A DNA stretch of 64,000 nucleotides from Desulfosudaceae bacterium (GCA_963674745.2 CAXXDV010000003.1:256001-320000); one strand, 5' to 3'. Positions 17,766-27,929 are shown, counted from the first letter of the stretch. Translations and numbers: made by a program. The notes: a model not told the origin generated them from the letters alone.

Positions 17766-19468
17766 TTGCATGCCTTTTCGGCGGTGGCGGCAAGCTTCGG
17801 AAACAATTCGGTAACATTCGCTTCCAGGGCGCGGATATTCCTTATCAAACTATCAACCGCCGCGGGGATATACGGTTCAAACTGGGTTTTGTGCTTTTTG
17901 CGGGTCAGAAAGCCGAAGGCGCCCAGGGCCTGGAGGTTCCGGGTAACGGCGCAGCAGGCATAGCCTTTGTGGAAATCGTTTGTATTTACCGATTGTTGAG
18001 ATGATAATCCAATGATGTAATCGTCCAGCAGCTGTCTCTGAGTATCTACTTGAAGATTGACGTAGGGATCGATCAGCAGAGACGCCAGGTCATACTGGAT
18101 GGGCCCGCGGCGGGCGCCCTGAAAGTCGATAAAAAAAGGCTGATCATTGCTGATCATGATGTTGCGGGACTGCATGTCACGATGAACGAGGCCGGAGACG
18201 GCATATCTCAAGGTCAGGTCGGCCAGGCGGGAAAATTCTTCTTCCAGGCTCATGTCGGCGGGGTCCAGGCCGAGGTAGCCGGCCAGAAATTCGTCTTTAA
18301 AATACCGGCATTCCCGGTCAATGATGACGTTACGGTCATAGGACGGGGTCTGGTATGCCCAGGCATCATCAAAATCTTCGGCACCTTTGATGGCCAGTTC
18401 CAGCAGCCGCTCGATAACCGGCCGGTAGAGCCGGATGACCGTATCGTCGTCAGTAGCAGCACGGACAGCATCCTGAAGACTGACGTCACCCAGGTCCGCC
18501 ATAAAGGCCAGTCCGGCCAGGGGATCGGACAGGTATATCCGGGGCACGGCAATGCCTTTTTTAAACAGATGGCGGTTGATCATCGTGAAAGCCCTGGCTT
18601 CGCCTGTCTCGTCCGTGGTGCAAAGACCCCGATCACACGCAACCAGGGTGCCGGCTGAAGAATGAACACGAAACCAGCGGGTATCGGAGCCATCGGCGGC
18701 AAGAGGTTCAATCTTGGTGACGGTATCAACGCCGAAAGCCGCCTGCAGGGCCTGGCGGCTCATCTTTTCAAAAGCGATTTCCCGAAAGGCTTCAGGCGTG
18801 CCGATATCCTGCCATTGATGGCCTTGTGCGATACAGGCGGCAATGGTTTGTCCGTCGGCCAGCAGGTCTGAATAGACATCGATGATGTCGACAAAAGTGC
18901 CGGGGGGGATACGGTCCAGTAAGCGGGGATGGATGACATGGATACCGGTAAAGGCCAGCAGGCGTTCTCCCCCGGGGCGGGCATCGGCCGCCCGGTAAAA
19001 GCGGGCCACCCGGTCACGATCGTCGACAGCCACGGAGTTGAATCTTTCACAATCGTGCAGGACCATGGTGACGTCATGATCATGCCGCAAATGAAAACGG
19101 TAAGCACTTTCAAGGTCAATGTCGGTGATAATATCACTGTTGATTACCACAAAGGGGGTGTCGCCGAAAAAACCGGCATTGTTTTTCATGGCCCCGGCCG
19201 TACCCAGGATGTCCGGCTCGAACGAGAGCCGGACCGGAATGTCGTAGTCGCGACTTTCGCAATGGGTTTTAATTTTTTTCGCCAGATGATGGGTATTAAT
19301 GGTCACGCCACTGCAACCGGCCGTTGTCAGTTGTTCGATGATGATATCCAGAATTGGCACATTGTTGATGGTAAACAGGGGTTTGGGCAGATGGCGGGTA
19401 TAAGGCCGCAGCCGGGTGCCGTACCCGGCTGCCAGAATCAGGGCTTTCCATGGCGGTAAACGGGTCAT
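17750..19468 (-). CDS. Fused sugar-1-phosphate nucleotidyltransferase (MurU-like) and APH-fold kinase (AmgK-like)
   Basis: ILAAGYGTRLRP.T..LPKPL, LGTAG, INSD, WQDIGT; then DGS.TRWFRV, DLGD, HRDMQSRNIM, IDFQGAR.GP..YDLASLL.DPY. Confidence 0.85.
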   Translation of the reverse strand: MTRLPPWKALILAAGYGTRLRPYTRHLPKPLFTINNVPILDIIIEQLTTAGCSGVTINTHHLAKKIKTHCESRDYDIPVRLSFEPDILGTAGAMKNNAGFFGDTPFVVINSDIITDIDLESAYRFHLRHDHDVTMVLHDCERFNSVAVDDRDRVARFYRAADARPGGERLLAFTGIHVIHPRLLDRIPPGTFVDIIDVYSDLLADGQTIAACIAQGHQWQDIGTPEAFREIAFEKMSRQALQAAFGVDTVTKIEPLAADGSDTRWFRVHSSAGTLVACDRGLCTTDETGEARAFTMINRHLFKKGIAVPRIYLSDPLAGLAFMADLGDVSLQDAVRAATDDDTVIRLYRPVIERLLELAIKGAEDFDDAWAYQTPSYDRNVIIDRECRYFKDEFLAGYLGLDPADMSLEEEFSRLADLTLRYAVSGLVHRDMQSRNIMISNDQPFFIDFQGARRGPIQYDLASLLIDPYVNLQVDTQRQLLDDYIIGLSSQQSVNTNDFHKGYACCAVTRNLQALGAFGFLTRKKHKTQFEPYIPAAVDSLIRNIRALEANVTELFPKLAATAEKACKVLKF

Positions 19469-22095
19469 GCCAGAAGCATCAGGTAATTACGGATGGTGTC
19501 TTCATAAAAATCGGCCTTGGTCCGGTCGTCGCCCTTGACCAGGGGTTCACCCGAAAAGAACCGCAGCGCGTTTTTGATGGTCGGGGTGGAAACCGCTTCT
19601 AAGCATTCGATCTCGTTGTTTTTATACATGCGGCGGCCGTGGTTCAGCGCTTTTTTAATCATTTCTTTGGCATCCGATGTTTTCGGCTCCTGTCTTAAAA
19701 AGGTCAGGGCGATCAAGTAGGACTCAAAATAAGGCGTCAAAAACGAAGAAAAGAGTTTCAGTTTTTTGAATCCGTCCGAAGTCAGGTCGAAGTTGCCGGG
19801 TATTGATTTATGGGGTGTCAGCATGCCCCGTTCAATAAAGGTGCTGACGCTCTTTTTGGTAAAATATTCGGAATCCTTGTCGGTCTGCAGAACAAATTCA
19901 TTTCTGAAGAATTTACGCAGAAAGTTGAACTCCTTGTGAATGTCCAGGCTGGCGAACTGAAAATTGTCGATCTTGAGGATGGACAGGGCCGTAAAAGCGG
20001 CCGGAACAAAAAAGATGATGCAGTTGTTTTTATAATATTCCATGGCCGGCCGTTTGCTTTCGTTGACCATGTACAGGGGGTTTTCCAGGTCCGTGTCAAT
20101 CTGAAATCGTTCGATGAACTTGCGCTGGATAAACGAATCCAGGGCTATGCTGAAAGCGTGGTTATGATCGCTGGTAATCGTGTCCGAAAGCCGGACATCC
20201 ATTGATTTGAGGCAGACCAGGTAGGTGTTGATGATGTCCATCAGGTACTGATAGGTAAAACGCCGCTGGGGGCAGTTTAAAATGGCGCTGGAGACGATCC
20301 CGTAAGGCGTGATGGTGGTAACGTCATTTATGCGGTTGATCAGGATGCGGGAAAGCCGGTCGATAAACTGCTTTTTGTCTTCCGCGGATTTGCCGGTCAA
20401 AGATGAGCGGGTCCGGGACAGGAATTCGTTCAATGAGACCGGCTCGTTGAAATTGACATACACTTTTCCGTATCGGGATTTTAAGGACTTTCTGGCCTTG
20501 ATCAGGGCCGGCAGGCTTTCCGCCTTTTTTTCACCGCCTTCGGATTCGTGAACGTAGGCAGCCTCCTCGATGATCCGGTCATAACCGATATTGACCGGCA
20601 CAAAGATCATGTCCGGGCAGGCACCGTTTTCATAAGCGTCCAGCAGGATGGACAGCAGCCCGGTTTTGGGCGTCAGGGTTTTGCCGGTTCTGCTGCGGGT
20701 ACCTTCCAGAAAGAATTCAATACTGAATCCTTCGGCAAGCAGTTTGTACATATATTCTAAAAAAACTTTGGCATACAGTTTCTGCCCCTTGAACGTCCGT
20801 CTCATGAAAAAGGCGCCGCCGCCGCGGAAGATGGTCCCCATGGGCCAGAAAGACAAATTCTGACCGGCCGCGATATGCGGGCAGGCCATGTTGTTATGGT
20901 ATAGGACATAAGACAGCACCAGGTAATCGATATGGCTTTTGTGGGTGGGCACAAATATCAGGGGCGCACGTTCGGATTCTTTTTTCAGTTTTTCCAGGTT
21001 GTCCTGATCGATGGCGATACCGTCGAAAATATGTTTCAGCATCCAGGTCAGGACCAGGTCAAACATCATGATCCAGTTCAGGTTGTAATCGGCGGCAATT
21101 TCATCAAGGAAACGGTAGGCTTCCTTGTTGATGTCGCGCACCTGGCGATCGGTATTTATGGCCATCTCTTCGACAAACGACTGCAGCCGGGGGCTGGCCA
21201 TGATGTTTTCCTTGATTTCTTCCCTGGACTTGATGATCGGCCCGGTGACGCGCTGCCGAAGGCGGTTGATGGACATCAGCACCATTCGTCGCAAGGCCAG
21301 GGCCTGGTTGTCGGCCGACATTTCCCGGATATCGGGCTGACGCAGAAAATCGCGCAGGTCAATGGGGTCGGCCATTTCAACGAAAATGTTTTTTGATCTG
21401 GAGACCAGCAGAAAAAGACGGCGCAGGATGCCGGGCCTTTGCGCCAGGCCGCCGAACATTGAATCCAGAAGGCTGAATTTCGCCCTGGCCGGACGCCTGG
21501 AAAAGAACATGTTCTGGGGCACGATATAAATCGGGCGATCGATGGATTTCTGAATGGCGATCAGTTCCTGGACGGGGTTGCTCTTTGATTTGATAAGTCC
21601 CCGGTAAAAGGCCTTTCTGCCGAACAAGGAAAAATAGGCCGTGCGGCCATTGGTGAGTTCTTCTTTGAAATACTGGTTCTTGTACGGAGAAAGAATCGAA
21701 AACCGGGTCAGCAGATGATCGATATGGGCCATCACCACCACAAAAATCCTGGATACCGGTTGCGCCAGAAACAACCGATAGCCGAGGGCCAGTTCCGGCG
21801 CCGGCAGGTCGTGCTTGTGGTATTGCCGGTTGCAGTAAAAAAAATCCAGCTTGCTTTTGTATTTGCCGGCATAAACAATGACACCGGTCTGGTTCAGCCG
21901 GTTAACCAGATCCGTCATGTCGTTGTTGACCGTTACCCGGGAAAAAAGAAACTCCGTCAGCCGGCTCGATGGCCGCGCTTTTCCGTTGGGCAGGAAGCTG
22001 AGAAAATGATTGTGGGTGCCGCCTAAAAGCCGCTGCCGGCCGTTGCTGAAAAAACGTCCCAAAGCAGCAGATATTTTTTTGATCCAGTTTGCCAT
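19465..22095 (-). CDS. plsB: Glycerol-3-phosphate acyltransferase, PlsB-like
   Basis: HKSHID (HX4D), AAGQNL, GAFFMRR, FFLEGTRSRTGK; start uncertain (22095 or 22146). Confidence 0.85.
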   Translation of the reverse strand: MANWIKKISAALGRFFSNGRQRLLGGTHNHFLSFLPNGKARPSSRLTEFLFSRVTVNNDMTDLVNRLNQTGVIVYAGKYKSKLDFFYCNRQYHKHDLPAPELALGYRLFLAQPVSRIFVVVMAHIDHLLTRFSILSPYKNQYFKEELTNGRTAYFSLFGRKAFYRGLIKSKSNPVQELIAIQKSIDRPIYIVPQNMFFSRRPARAKFSLLDSMFGGLAQRPGILRRLFLLVSRSKNIFVEMADPIDLRDFLRQPDIREMSADNQALALRRMVLMSINRLRQRVTGPIIKSREEIKENIMASPRLQSFVEEMAINTDRQVRDINKEAYRFLDEIAADYNLNWIMMFDLVLTWMLKHIFDGIAIDQDNLEKLKKESERAPLIFVPTHKSHIDYLVLSYVLYHNNMACPHIAAGQNLSFWPMGTIFRGGGAFFMRRTFKGQKLYAKVFLEYMYKLLAEGFSIEFFLEGTRSRTGKTLTPKTGLLSILLDAYENGACPDMIFVPVNIGYDRIIEEAAYVHESEGGEKKAESLPALIKARKSLKSRYGKVYVNFNEPVSLNEFLSRTRSSLTGKSAEDKKQFIDRLSRILINRINDVTTITPYGIVSSAILNCPQRRFTYQYLMDIINTYLVCLKSMDVRLSDTITSDHNHAFSIALDSFIQRKFIERFQIDTDLENPLYMVNESKRPAMEYYKNNCIIFFVPAAFTALSILKIDNFQFASLDIHKEFNFLRKFFRNEFVLQTDKDSEYFTKKSVSTFIERGMLTPHKSIPGNFDLTSDGFKKLKLFSSFLTPYFESYLIALTFLRQEPKTSDAKEMIKKALNHGRRMYKNNEIECLEAVSTPTIKNALRFFSGEPLVKGDDRTKADFYEDTIRNYLMLLA

Positions 22096-22334
22096 GATGA
22101 GATCCCAAGTGTGATAAGATGTTAAGTCTCGGGTCGAATAAAACACAGTTATTAATTATTCGCTGATACCAGATTGAGGTGCGATTTGCAACAAGATATA
22201 GATCTTTCGTTAATGTTTACAAACCGATCAACCATATCTTCAGATATTGTGAAACAGTTGACGATGACGGATGATCCAGACTGCTTTTCACCTTGACACA
22301 GGTCGTCCGGTTTAGTAGGAAAATAAAAAGTTTA

Positions 22335-22505
22335 GAGATACCCTTATGTGATCGGTCGGTTAACGGAACCCGGTGGAAATCCGGGGCGGTCCCGCCGCTG
22401 TAACCCTGACAGGCGCTTTTTTGGAAGATGGCCACTGTGTCGTTTAAACGATGCGGGAAGGCTGAAAAAGCACGGGGAAGCCAGAAGACGAGCCGGGCGG
22501 TCGAT
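22335..22505 (+). promoter_or_regulatory. Cobalamin riboswitch
   Basis: AACGGAACCCGGTGGAAATCCGGGGCGGTCCCGCCGCTGTAA, GCCACTG (22431), GGGAAGGC (22455), B12 box AGCCAGAAGAC (22479); upstream of cobT. Confidence 0.92.
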
Positions 22506-22524
22506 ATGTGTGGAACCTGATGGT

Positions 22525-22575
22525 AAAGGGTTTTGGCAGGAGTTTTATTTGTATTCCTGCCGGAACCCTTTTTTT
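22525..22575 (+). terminator. Intrinsic terminator, expression platform of the cobalamin riboswitch
   Basis: AAAGGGTTTTGGCAGGA / TCCTGCCGGAACCCTTT stem ending in a T run. Confidence 0.8.
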
Positions 22576-22583
22576 ATGGGAAG

Positions 22584-22666
22584 GTAAGGGCGACCCGCCG
22601 GAAGGGCGACCAGCCGGTCGCCCCTACACGGGTGCCACGGTCGGTGGGGCGACCGGCTGGTCGCCC
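22584..22666. repeat. GTAG-type REP cluster in the cobT leader
   Basis: GGGCGACCAGCCGGTCGCCCCTAC and inverted GTGGGGCGACCGGCTGGTCGCCC. Confidence 0.8.
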
Positions 22667-22683
22667 TTGCTTTAGGAGGAAAC

Positions 22684-23748
22684 ATGAAACAGCTTGAAGA
22701 AACGATAAATGCGATTGTTCCGGTGGATGAGAAAATTTTTGAACAGGCTCGCCAGCGACTGGCCGACCAGGCCAAGCCGGCCGGCAGTCTGGGGGTGCTC
22801 GAAGACGTTTCGGCCCGTCTGGCGGCCATTACCGGGACCCTGGACGTGCGGTTGAAGAACAAGATCATTATTGTCTGTGCCGGTGATCACGGTGTGGTTG
22901 ATGATGGTGTCAGCCTGTTCCCCCAGGAGGTGACCGCCCAGATGGTGTACAACTTTGTGGACGGCGGTGCGTCCATCAATGTTCTGGCCCGGCATGCCGG
23001 GGCCGAGGTCAAGGTGGCCGATCTGGGGGTGAATTATGATTTTGAACCGGATCTGCCCGTATTTCACAAAAAAATCGGCAAGGGTACCGCCAGTTTCGCT
23101 CACGGTCCGGCCATGACCCGGGAAGCGGCCGTGGCCTCAATCTGTGCCGGAATTGAAATCGTGGAAGAACTGTTTGCGGCCGGTCCGGTGGACATGATCG
23201 GCACCGGCGACATGGGCATCGGCAACACCACGCCCTCTTCGGCTATTATCGCGTCCTTTTCCGGCCTTGATCCGGCTGATTTGACCGGTCGCGGCACGGG
23301 TATCGACGATGAAGGCTGGAAGAAAAAAGTGGCGGTTATCCGCCAGGGCCTTGAGGTTAACAACCCGGACCCGGCCGATGCCATTGATGTCCTGGCCAAG
23401 GTCGGCGGATTTGAAATCGGCGGCCTGGCCGGACTGGTGCTGGGATCTGCCGCCCGGGGCATCCCGGTGGTGTGTGACGGCCTGATTTCCACGGCCGGGG
23501 CGTTGATCGCCTGCGAGCTGGCACCGACAGCAAAACAATATGTGTTTGCCAGCCATGTTTCGGTCGAGGCCGGACACAAATTCATGCATGAGCGTTTGGG
23601 ACTGGCCCCTCTGCTTGACCTGAAGCTACGGTTGGGCGAAGGCACCGGTGCGGCCATTGCCATGGAGTTGCTGGATGCGGCCACCCGTGTCCTGGCGGAG
23701 ATTAAAACCTTTGCCGAGGTGAACATCAGGGATGTGCAGAAAGGATAG
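22684..23748 (+). CDS. cobT: Nicotinate-nucleotide--dimethylbenzimidazole phosphoribosyltransferase
   Basis: KPAGSLG.LE, AGDHGV, GDMGIGNTT, GRGTG, VGGFEIGG, LRLGEGTGA; AGGAGG SD. Confidence 0.96.
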   Translation: MKQLEETINAIVPVDEKIFEQARQRLADQAKPAGSLGVLEDVSARLAAITGTLDVRLKNKIIIVCAGDHGVVDDGVSLFPQEVTAQMVYNFVDGGASINVLARHAGAEVKVADLGVNYDFEPDLPVFHKKIGKGTASFAHGPAMTREAAVASICAGIEIVEELFAAGPVDMIGTGDMGIGNTTPSSAIIASFSGLDPADLTGRGTGIDDEGWKKKVAVIRQGLEVNNPDPADAIDVLAKVGGFEIGGLAGLVLGSAARGIPVVCDGLISTAGALIACELAPTAKQYVFASHVSVEAGHKFMHERLGLAPLLDLKLRLGEGTGAAIAMELLDAATRVLAEIKTFAEVNIRDVQKG

Positions 23749-23882
23749 GGCAACCACAGGGGGTTGCCCCTACAGGTCGAGGCGGGCGTTCATGAATCAT
23801 GTAGGGGCAGGCCCCCGTGCCTGCCCGAAAACGGGTAGGGCGGCCACAAACAGATAGGGCAACCACAGGGGGGTGCCCCTAC
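23748..23882. repeat. Cluster of three GTAG-type REPs between convergent genes
   Basis: GGGCAACCACAGGGGG(T/G)TGCCCCTAC twice and GTAGGGGCAGGCCCCCGTGCCTGCCC. Confidence 0.85.
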
Positions 23883-23907
23883 AGGTCATGGTGACGAGGA
23901 GTAATAT

Positions 23908-24549
23908 TTATTCCGATTGCTTGAGGGTCAGGGCACCTGTCGGGCAGACCTCAATGCAGGCCTGGCAGGCGGCTTCGTCAACGGCCTGGCCTTTGGGCGG
24001 CAGCAGCGGGGTGACGACGGTGTCGCTGCCCCGGCCGGTAAAGGTGAACAGGGGCTGCCCGTTTTTATCCCGGCAGGTGTTGACGCACCGGCCGCATAAA
24101 ACGCAACGGTCGCGGTTGTAATCCAGAACCGGATGGGATGTGTCGATGATACCGGTCGGTTCATAAGGCGGAAACTCTTTTGGTTTTAATTTGACCTTGA
24201 GAAATTTGGCCAGGTTCTGCAATTCACACTGCTTGTTGGCCGGGCAATGTCCGCAGTCCACATGATGGTTGGACAACAGCAGCTTTAACCCGGTCCTTTG
24301 CAGTTCCCGGATGGTCTCAGTATCGGTCCACACCTCCATGTCATTTTCCACGATGGTGGTGCAGGCGGTCACCGGCCGGTCAAAACCCTTAATTTCGACA
24401 AAACAGAGACGGCACGAGGCCGGCGGGTTGGGCAGTTCTTTGACCCAGCACAGGTTGGGGATATAGATTTCGCTGTCCAGCGCCGCCTGAAGCAGGCTGA
24501 TGCCTTCTTCGGCGTGTATCTCCCAGTTATCGATATATAGTTTTATCAT
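23908..24549 (-). CDS. HoxU / NuoG-N-terminal-like Fe-S subunit
   Basis: IPNLC, SCRLC.VE, VTACTT, H..DCGHC.....CEL, CVLCGRCV..C; no H-cluster or molybdopterin domain. Confidence 0.88.
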   Translation of the reverse strand: MIKLYIDNWEIHAEEGISLLQAALDSEIYIPNLCWVKELPNPPASCRLCFVEIKGFDRPVTACTTIVENDMEVWTDTETIRELQRTGLKLLLSNHHVDCGHCPANKQCELQNLAKFLKVKLKPKEFPPYEPTGIIDTSHPVLDYNRDRCVLCGRCVNTCRDKNGQPLFTFTGRGSDTVVTPLLPPKGQAVDEAACQACIEVCPTGALTLKQSE

Positions 24550-24553
24550 GGCG

Positions 24554-26491
24554 TTATTCTACGGGGGCCTTGGGTTTTTCAATAATGGGTGCGGTCTCCG
24601 GCGGTGACGCTTTTTTGACGGCGTCGTACAGCGGCACGCAGACATTCAGGCACTCACCGCATTTGATGCATTTTTCCTGGTCAATACCTTTTTTGCGGTT
24701 GCTGGTGGTGAAAATGGCTTCTGTCGGGCAACAGCCCACACAGGCGTCGCAGCCGCGGGCGCACTTGTCCAGATCAATATAATAGGCGATTAACTCCCGG
24801 CACATCAGGGCCGGGCAGACACCGTCTCTGATATGGGCTTCATATTCGTCCCGGAAATATTTGAGCGAGGTGAGCACGGGGTTGGGGGCGGTTCTGCCCA
24901 GGCCGCACAGGGAGCCCTTCTTGACAGCCAGGGCCAGCTTTTCCATCTGTTCCAGGGTATCTTCCTGCCCATGTCCTTTGGTGATCTGGTCCAGTGTTTC
25001 CAGCAGGTGCCTGGTGCCGATGCGGCAGAAGGTGCATTTGCCGCATGATTCATTCTGGGTAAAATCCAGAAAGTAACGGGCCACGTTGACCATGCAGGTA
25101 TCATCGTTCATGATCACCATGCCGCCGGAACCCATCATAGCGCCGGCTTCGATCAGGGAATCAAAATCAATGGGCGTGTCCAGAAAGGACTCGGGCAGGC
25201 AGCCGCCGGAAGGGCCGCCGATCTGGACGGCCTTGAAGTTTTTCTTGTCCGGTATGCCGCCGCAGATGTCAAAGATCAGTGACCGCAGGGATTCTCCCAT
25301 GGGGATTTCCACCAGGCCGGGATAAAGGACATGGCCGACAATGGAAAAAATAGCCGTTCCCGGGCTTTTTTCCGTGCCGATGGTCTGGAACCAGTCCGCC
25401 CCGTTGTCAATGATGGGGGCGATATTGGCCAGGGTTTTGACATTATCGATCAGCGTGGGGTAGCCGTGTAGTCCCTGTACCACGGGAAAGGGCGGCCGGT
25501 GACGGGGCATGCCCCGGTATCCTTCCAGGGACTCGATCAGCGAGGTCTCTTCGCCGCAGACAAAGGCGCCGGATCCCTGGAAAATTTCCATATCAAAGGA
25601 AAAATCACTGCCCAGGATATTGTCGCCCAGCAGGTTGCGTTCCCGGGCCTGCTTCAATGCCCGGTCAATCAGCTTGACCGCCAGGGGATACTCGGCCCGG
25701 ACATAGAAAATACCCCTGTCGGCACCGATGGCCCTGGCACAGATGGCCATGCCTTCCACTATCTGGTGGGGGTTGCTTTCCAGGATGGTCCGGTCCATGT
25801 AAGCGCCGGGATCGCCTTCATCGGCATTGCAGATGATGACTTTATGGTCCGATTTCTGCTCGGCGGCGATTTCCAGTTTGATGCCGGTGGGAAATCCGGC
25901 CCCGCCCCGGCCCCTGAGACCGGATTCGCCGATCGTTTCGATAATGGCATCCGGCTTCATTTCCAGGGCTTTGCCCAGGGATGTGTATCCGCCATGGGCG
26001 ATATACTCATCGATTTCGGCCGGATTGATGGTGCCGCATTTATCCATGATAATGCGTTTTTCCATGTTAAACCGGGGGTACAGCATGACCGACGGCAGGG
26101 TGTCATTTTCTTCCATGGCCCCGTAAATATGCTCCAGCAGGGGGTCATGATTTTTAAGAAAGTTTTTGACCAGCATGATGGCCTTGCCTTCGTTGACCTG
26201 CTGGTACATGATCGGCGGAAAGCCGGATTCCGGAACATCGATGATGACCAGGGGTTCGGCATAGCAGTGGCCATGGCAGCCGATGGGATGAATGACGGCC
26301 TCGATACCCTCCTTTTCAAGCTGGGTTTCAAAGGCGGTTTTGGTTTCCTGGGCGCCGGCGGCCAGGCCGCAGGTGGCCATGCCGATATGAATTTTTGGTG
26401 TCGTGGATTCGGAAAACGCCCGCCATTTCTGATCGGCGGTTTCCTTCAGGGCCCGTAATTTTTCCTGTATCTGGTCGCTATTCTGCGTCAT
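24554..26491 (-). CDS. NADH/FMN-binding subunit, HoxF/HydB/NuoF family, with N-terminal thioredoxin-like Fe-S and C-terminal ferredoxin domains
   Basis: GLRGRGGAGFPTG, CNADEGDPGAYMDR, GAFVCGEETSL, GGPSGGC, ESCGKCTFCR.G, SLCGLG. Confidence 0.93.
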   Translation of the reverse strand: MTQNSDQIQEKLRALKETADQKWRAFSESTTPKIHIGMATCGLAAGAQETKTAFETQLEKEGIEAVIHPIGCHGHCYAEPLVIIDVPESGFPPIMYQQVNEGKAIMLVKNFLKNHDPLLEHIYGAMEENDTLPSVMLYPRFNMEKRIIMDKCGTINPAEIDEYIAHGGYTSLGKALEMKPDAIIETIGESGLRGRGGAGFPTGIKLEIAAEQKSDHKVIICNADEGDPGAYMDRTILESNPHQIVEGMAICARAIGADRGIFYVRAEYPLAVKLIDRALKQARERNLLGDNILGSDFSFDMEIFQGSGAFVCGEETSLIESLEGYRGMPRHRPPFPVVQGLHGYPTLIDNVKTLANIAPIIDNGADWFQTIGTEKSPGTAIFSIVGHVLYPGLVEIPMGESLRSLIFDICGGIPDKKNFKAVQIGGPSGGCLPESFLDTPIDFDSLIEAGAMMGSGGMVIMNDDTCMVNVARYFLDFTQNESCGKCTFCRIGTRHLLETLDQITKGHGQEDTLEQMEKLALAVKKGSLCGLGRTAPNPVLTSLKYFRDEYEAHIRDGVCPALMCRELIAYYIDLDKCARGCDACVGCCPTEAIFTTSNRKKGIDQEKCIKCGECLNVCVPLYDAVKKASPPETAPIIEKPKAPVE

Positions 26492-27005
26492 TTTGTTGAT
26501 CTGCTTTGGCTTTCTTTTTGGCGATGTCTATCTGGGTGAACAGGCCTTCAATTTTACTGGGGGTCATGTAGGCATGGACCTTTTCATTCACCAGGGCCAC
26601 CGGCGCCAGGGCGCAGCAGCCCACACAGGCCACCCGTTCCAGGCTGAATTCCCGGTCTTCCGTGGTCTGGCCCTCGGTAATGTCCAGCTTGCGTTCAAAG
26701 TTTTCCAGGATAATATCAGCACCGCGGACATGGCAGGCGGTGCCCATACAGACCTTGACCTGGTGTTTGCCCGGGGGGTTGAATCGGAACTGGTTGTAAA
26801 ATGAAGCCACCCCGACAACTTCACCGGTGGGAATATTTAAATGACCGGCCACCAGGTCCAGGGCCTCAACCGGCAGATATCCCAGCTCTTTCTGGGATTT
26901 TTGTAAAAGGGGAATCAGTGAACTCCTGTCCCGGGAATATGTTTCCAGAGCCAGACGGATGGTTTCGATTTTTTGTTTTTCTTCAGCGGTTATGTGGGTC
27001 AGCAT
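26478..27005 (-). CDS. [2Fe-2S] subunit, HoxE/HydC/NuoE family
   Basis: LIPLLQ..Q..LGYLP, VASFY, VCMGTACHVRG, VACVGCCALAP; start 27005 preferred over 27176. Confidence 0.9.
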   Translation of the reverse strand: MLTHITAEEKQKIETIRLALETYSRDRSSLIPLLQKSQKELGYLPVEALDLVAGHLNIPTGEVVGVASFYNQFRFNPPGKHQVKVCMGTACHVRGADIILENFERKLDITEGQTTEDREFSLERVACVGCCALAPVALVNEKVHAYMTPSKIEGLFTQIDIAKKKAKADQQNDAE

Positions 27006-27445
27006 GACAAATCCAGACAACAAAGATTCAAAATCAAAATTCAAACCAACAATATAATTCCCAACCAGGATTTTTTTCAAGTCTTTTTTTGGGACATTGC
27101 TCAATTCGTCTTTCAAATGTGGGCTTTCAGACAGCAGAAATTTGTCACTTTTCTTGTGATTTTTTCTTGACATCACGACTATACACTAACTATATAGATT
27201 ACAGGTGCACATTTCCGGTTCAAGGATGGACCGTTTGTGACAGAAAACAACCGATTTAAAGCCAGGACAGGGAGGTCGATCATGAAAATGCTTACAGCCG
27301 TTCGAATTTTCCCGAACGGCTTTTTTGTTTTCCCCTTTTTCAAAACACCGGTTGAAGTTTCTATTTCCAGTTTCAGCGGATTTTTGGCGAAAAAATCCTG
27401 TTGCGGGGATTCGCTGCCGGACACTTTCAAAAACGGGCGGATGCC

Positions 27446-27928
27446 ATGAAAGACAATCGTGGCGTAACCCTGGTGGAAATGTTGACGGCCCTTGCGATCC
27501 TGGCAATCCTTTCCGCTGCCGGCGGTGTCGGCCTTCTACGCGGTATGCCCGAACGGCGGATGATGAGTGCCGCCAGGGACCTTTATTGCGACCTGCGAAA
27601 GGCCCAGTCCCGGGCGATTGCCGCGGGCGAGACGGTCACCGTCAATTTCAGCCTGGAAAAAAATATCCTGTCTCTGGTTGATGCCGGTGGCCAAACCGTC
27701 TCAGAAACCCGGTTGCCGGGTTTTATCGATCTTTGTGAAATCAAGGGCGACCGGGACGATGACCGGCGGTTTTATTTCAATTCCCGGGGCATCAAAACCG
27801 GCGTGTCCGGTTCGGTCTGGATCCGGTATCACAAGCCGGGGTATGACTGGCGGCAGGTCCTGGTCAGATCGAGCGGTTCGATGGCTATCAGGCGGTCAAG
27901 TGATAGCGGTAAAACCTGGGAGTATTGA
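27446..27928 (+). CDS. Type IV minor pilin, FimT/FimU/GspH family
   Basis: RG|VTLVEML class III signal, LRKAQSRA, FNSRG. Confidence 0.85.
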   Translation: MKDNRGVTLVEMLTALAILAILSAAGGVGLLRGMPERRMMSAARDLYCDLRKAQSRAIAAGETVTVNFSLEKNILSLVDAGGQTVSETRLPGFIDLCEIKGDRDDDRRFYFNSRGIKTGVSGSVWIRYHKPGYDWRQVLVRSSGSMAIRRSSDSGKTWEY

Positions 27929-27929
27929 C

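Noticed and set aside
27006..27176. 57-aa N-terminal extension of the NuoE-like subunit
   Set aside because: AT-rich and without family resemblance; more likely promoter/UTR, so the start was placed at 27005.
27567..27929. 400-aa ORF suggesting a long N-terminal extension of PilW
   Set aside because: Overlaps the FimT-like gene in another frame; the prepilin signal follows ATG 27930.
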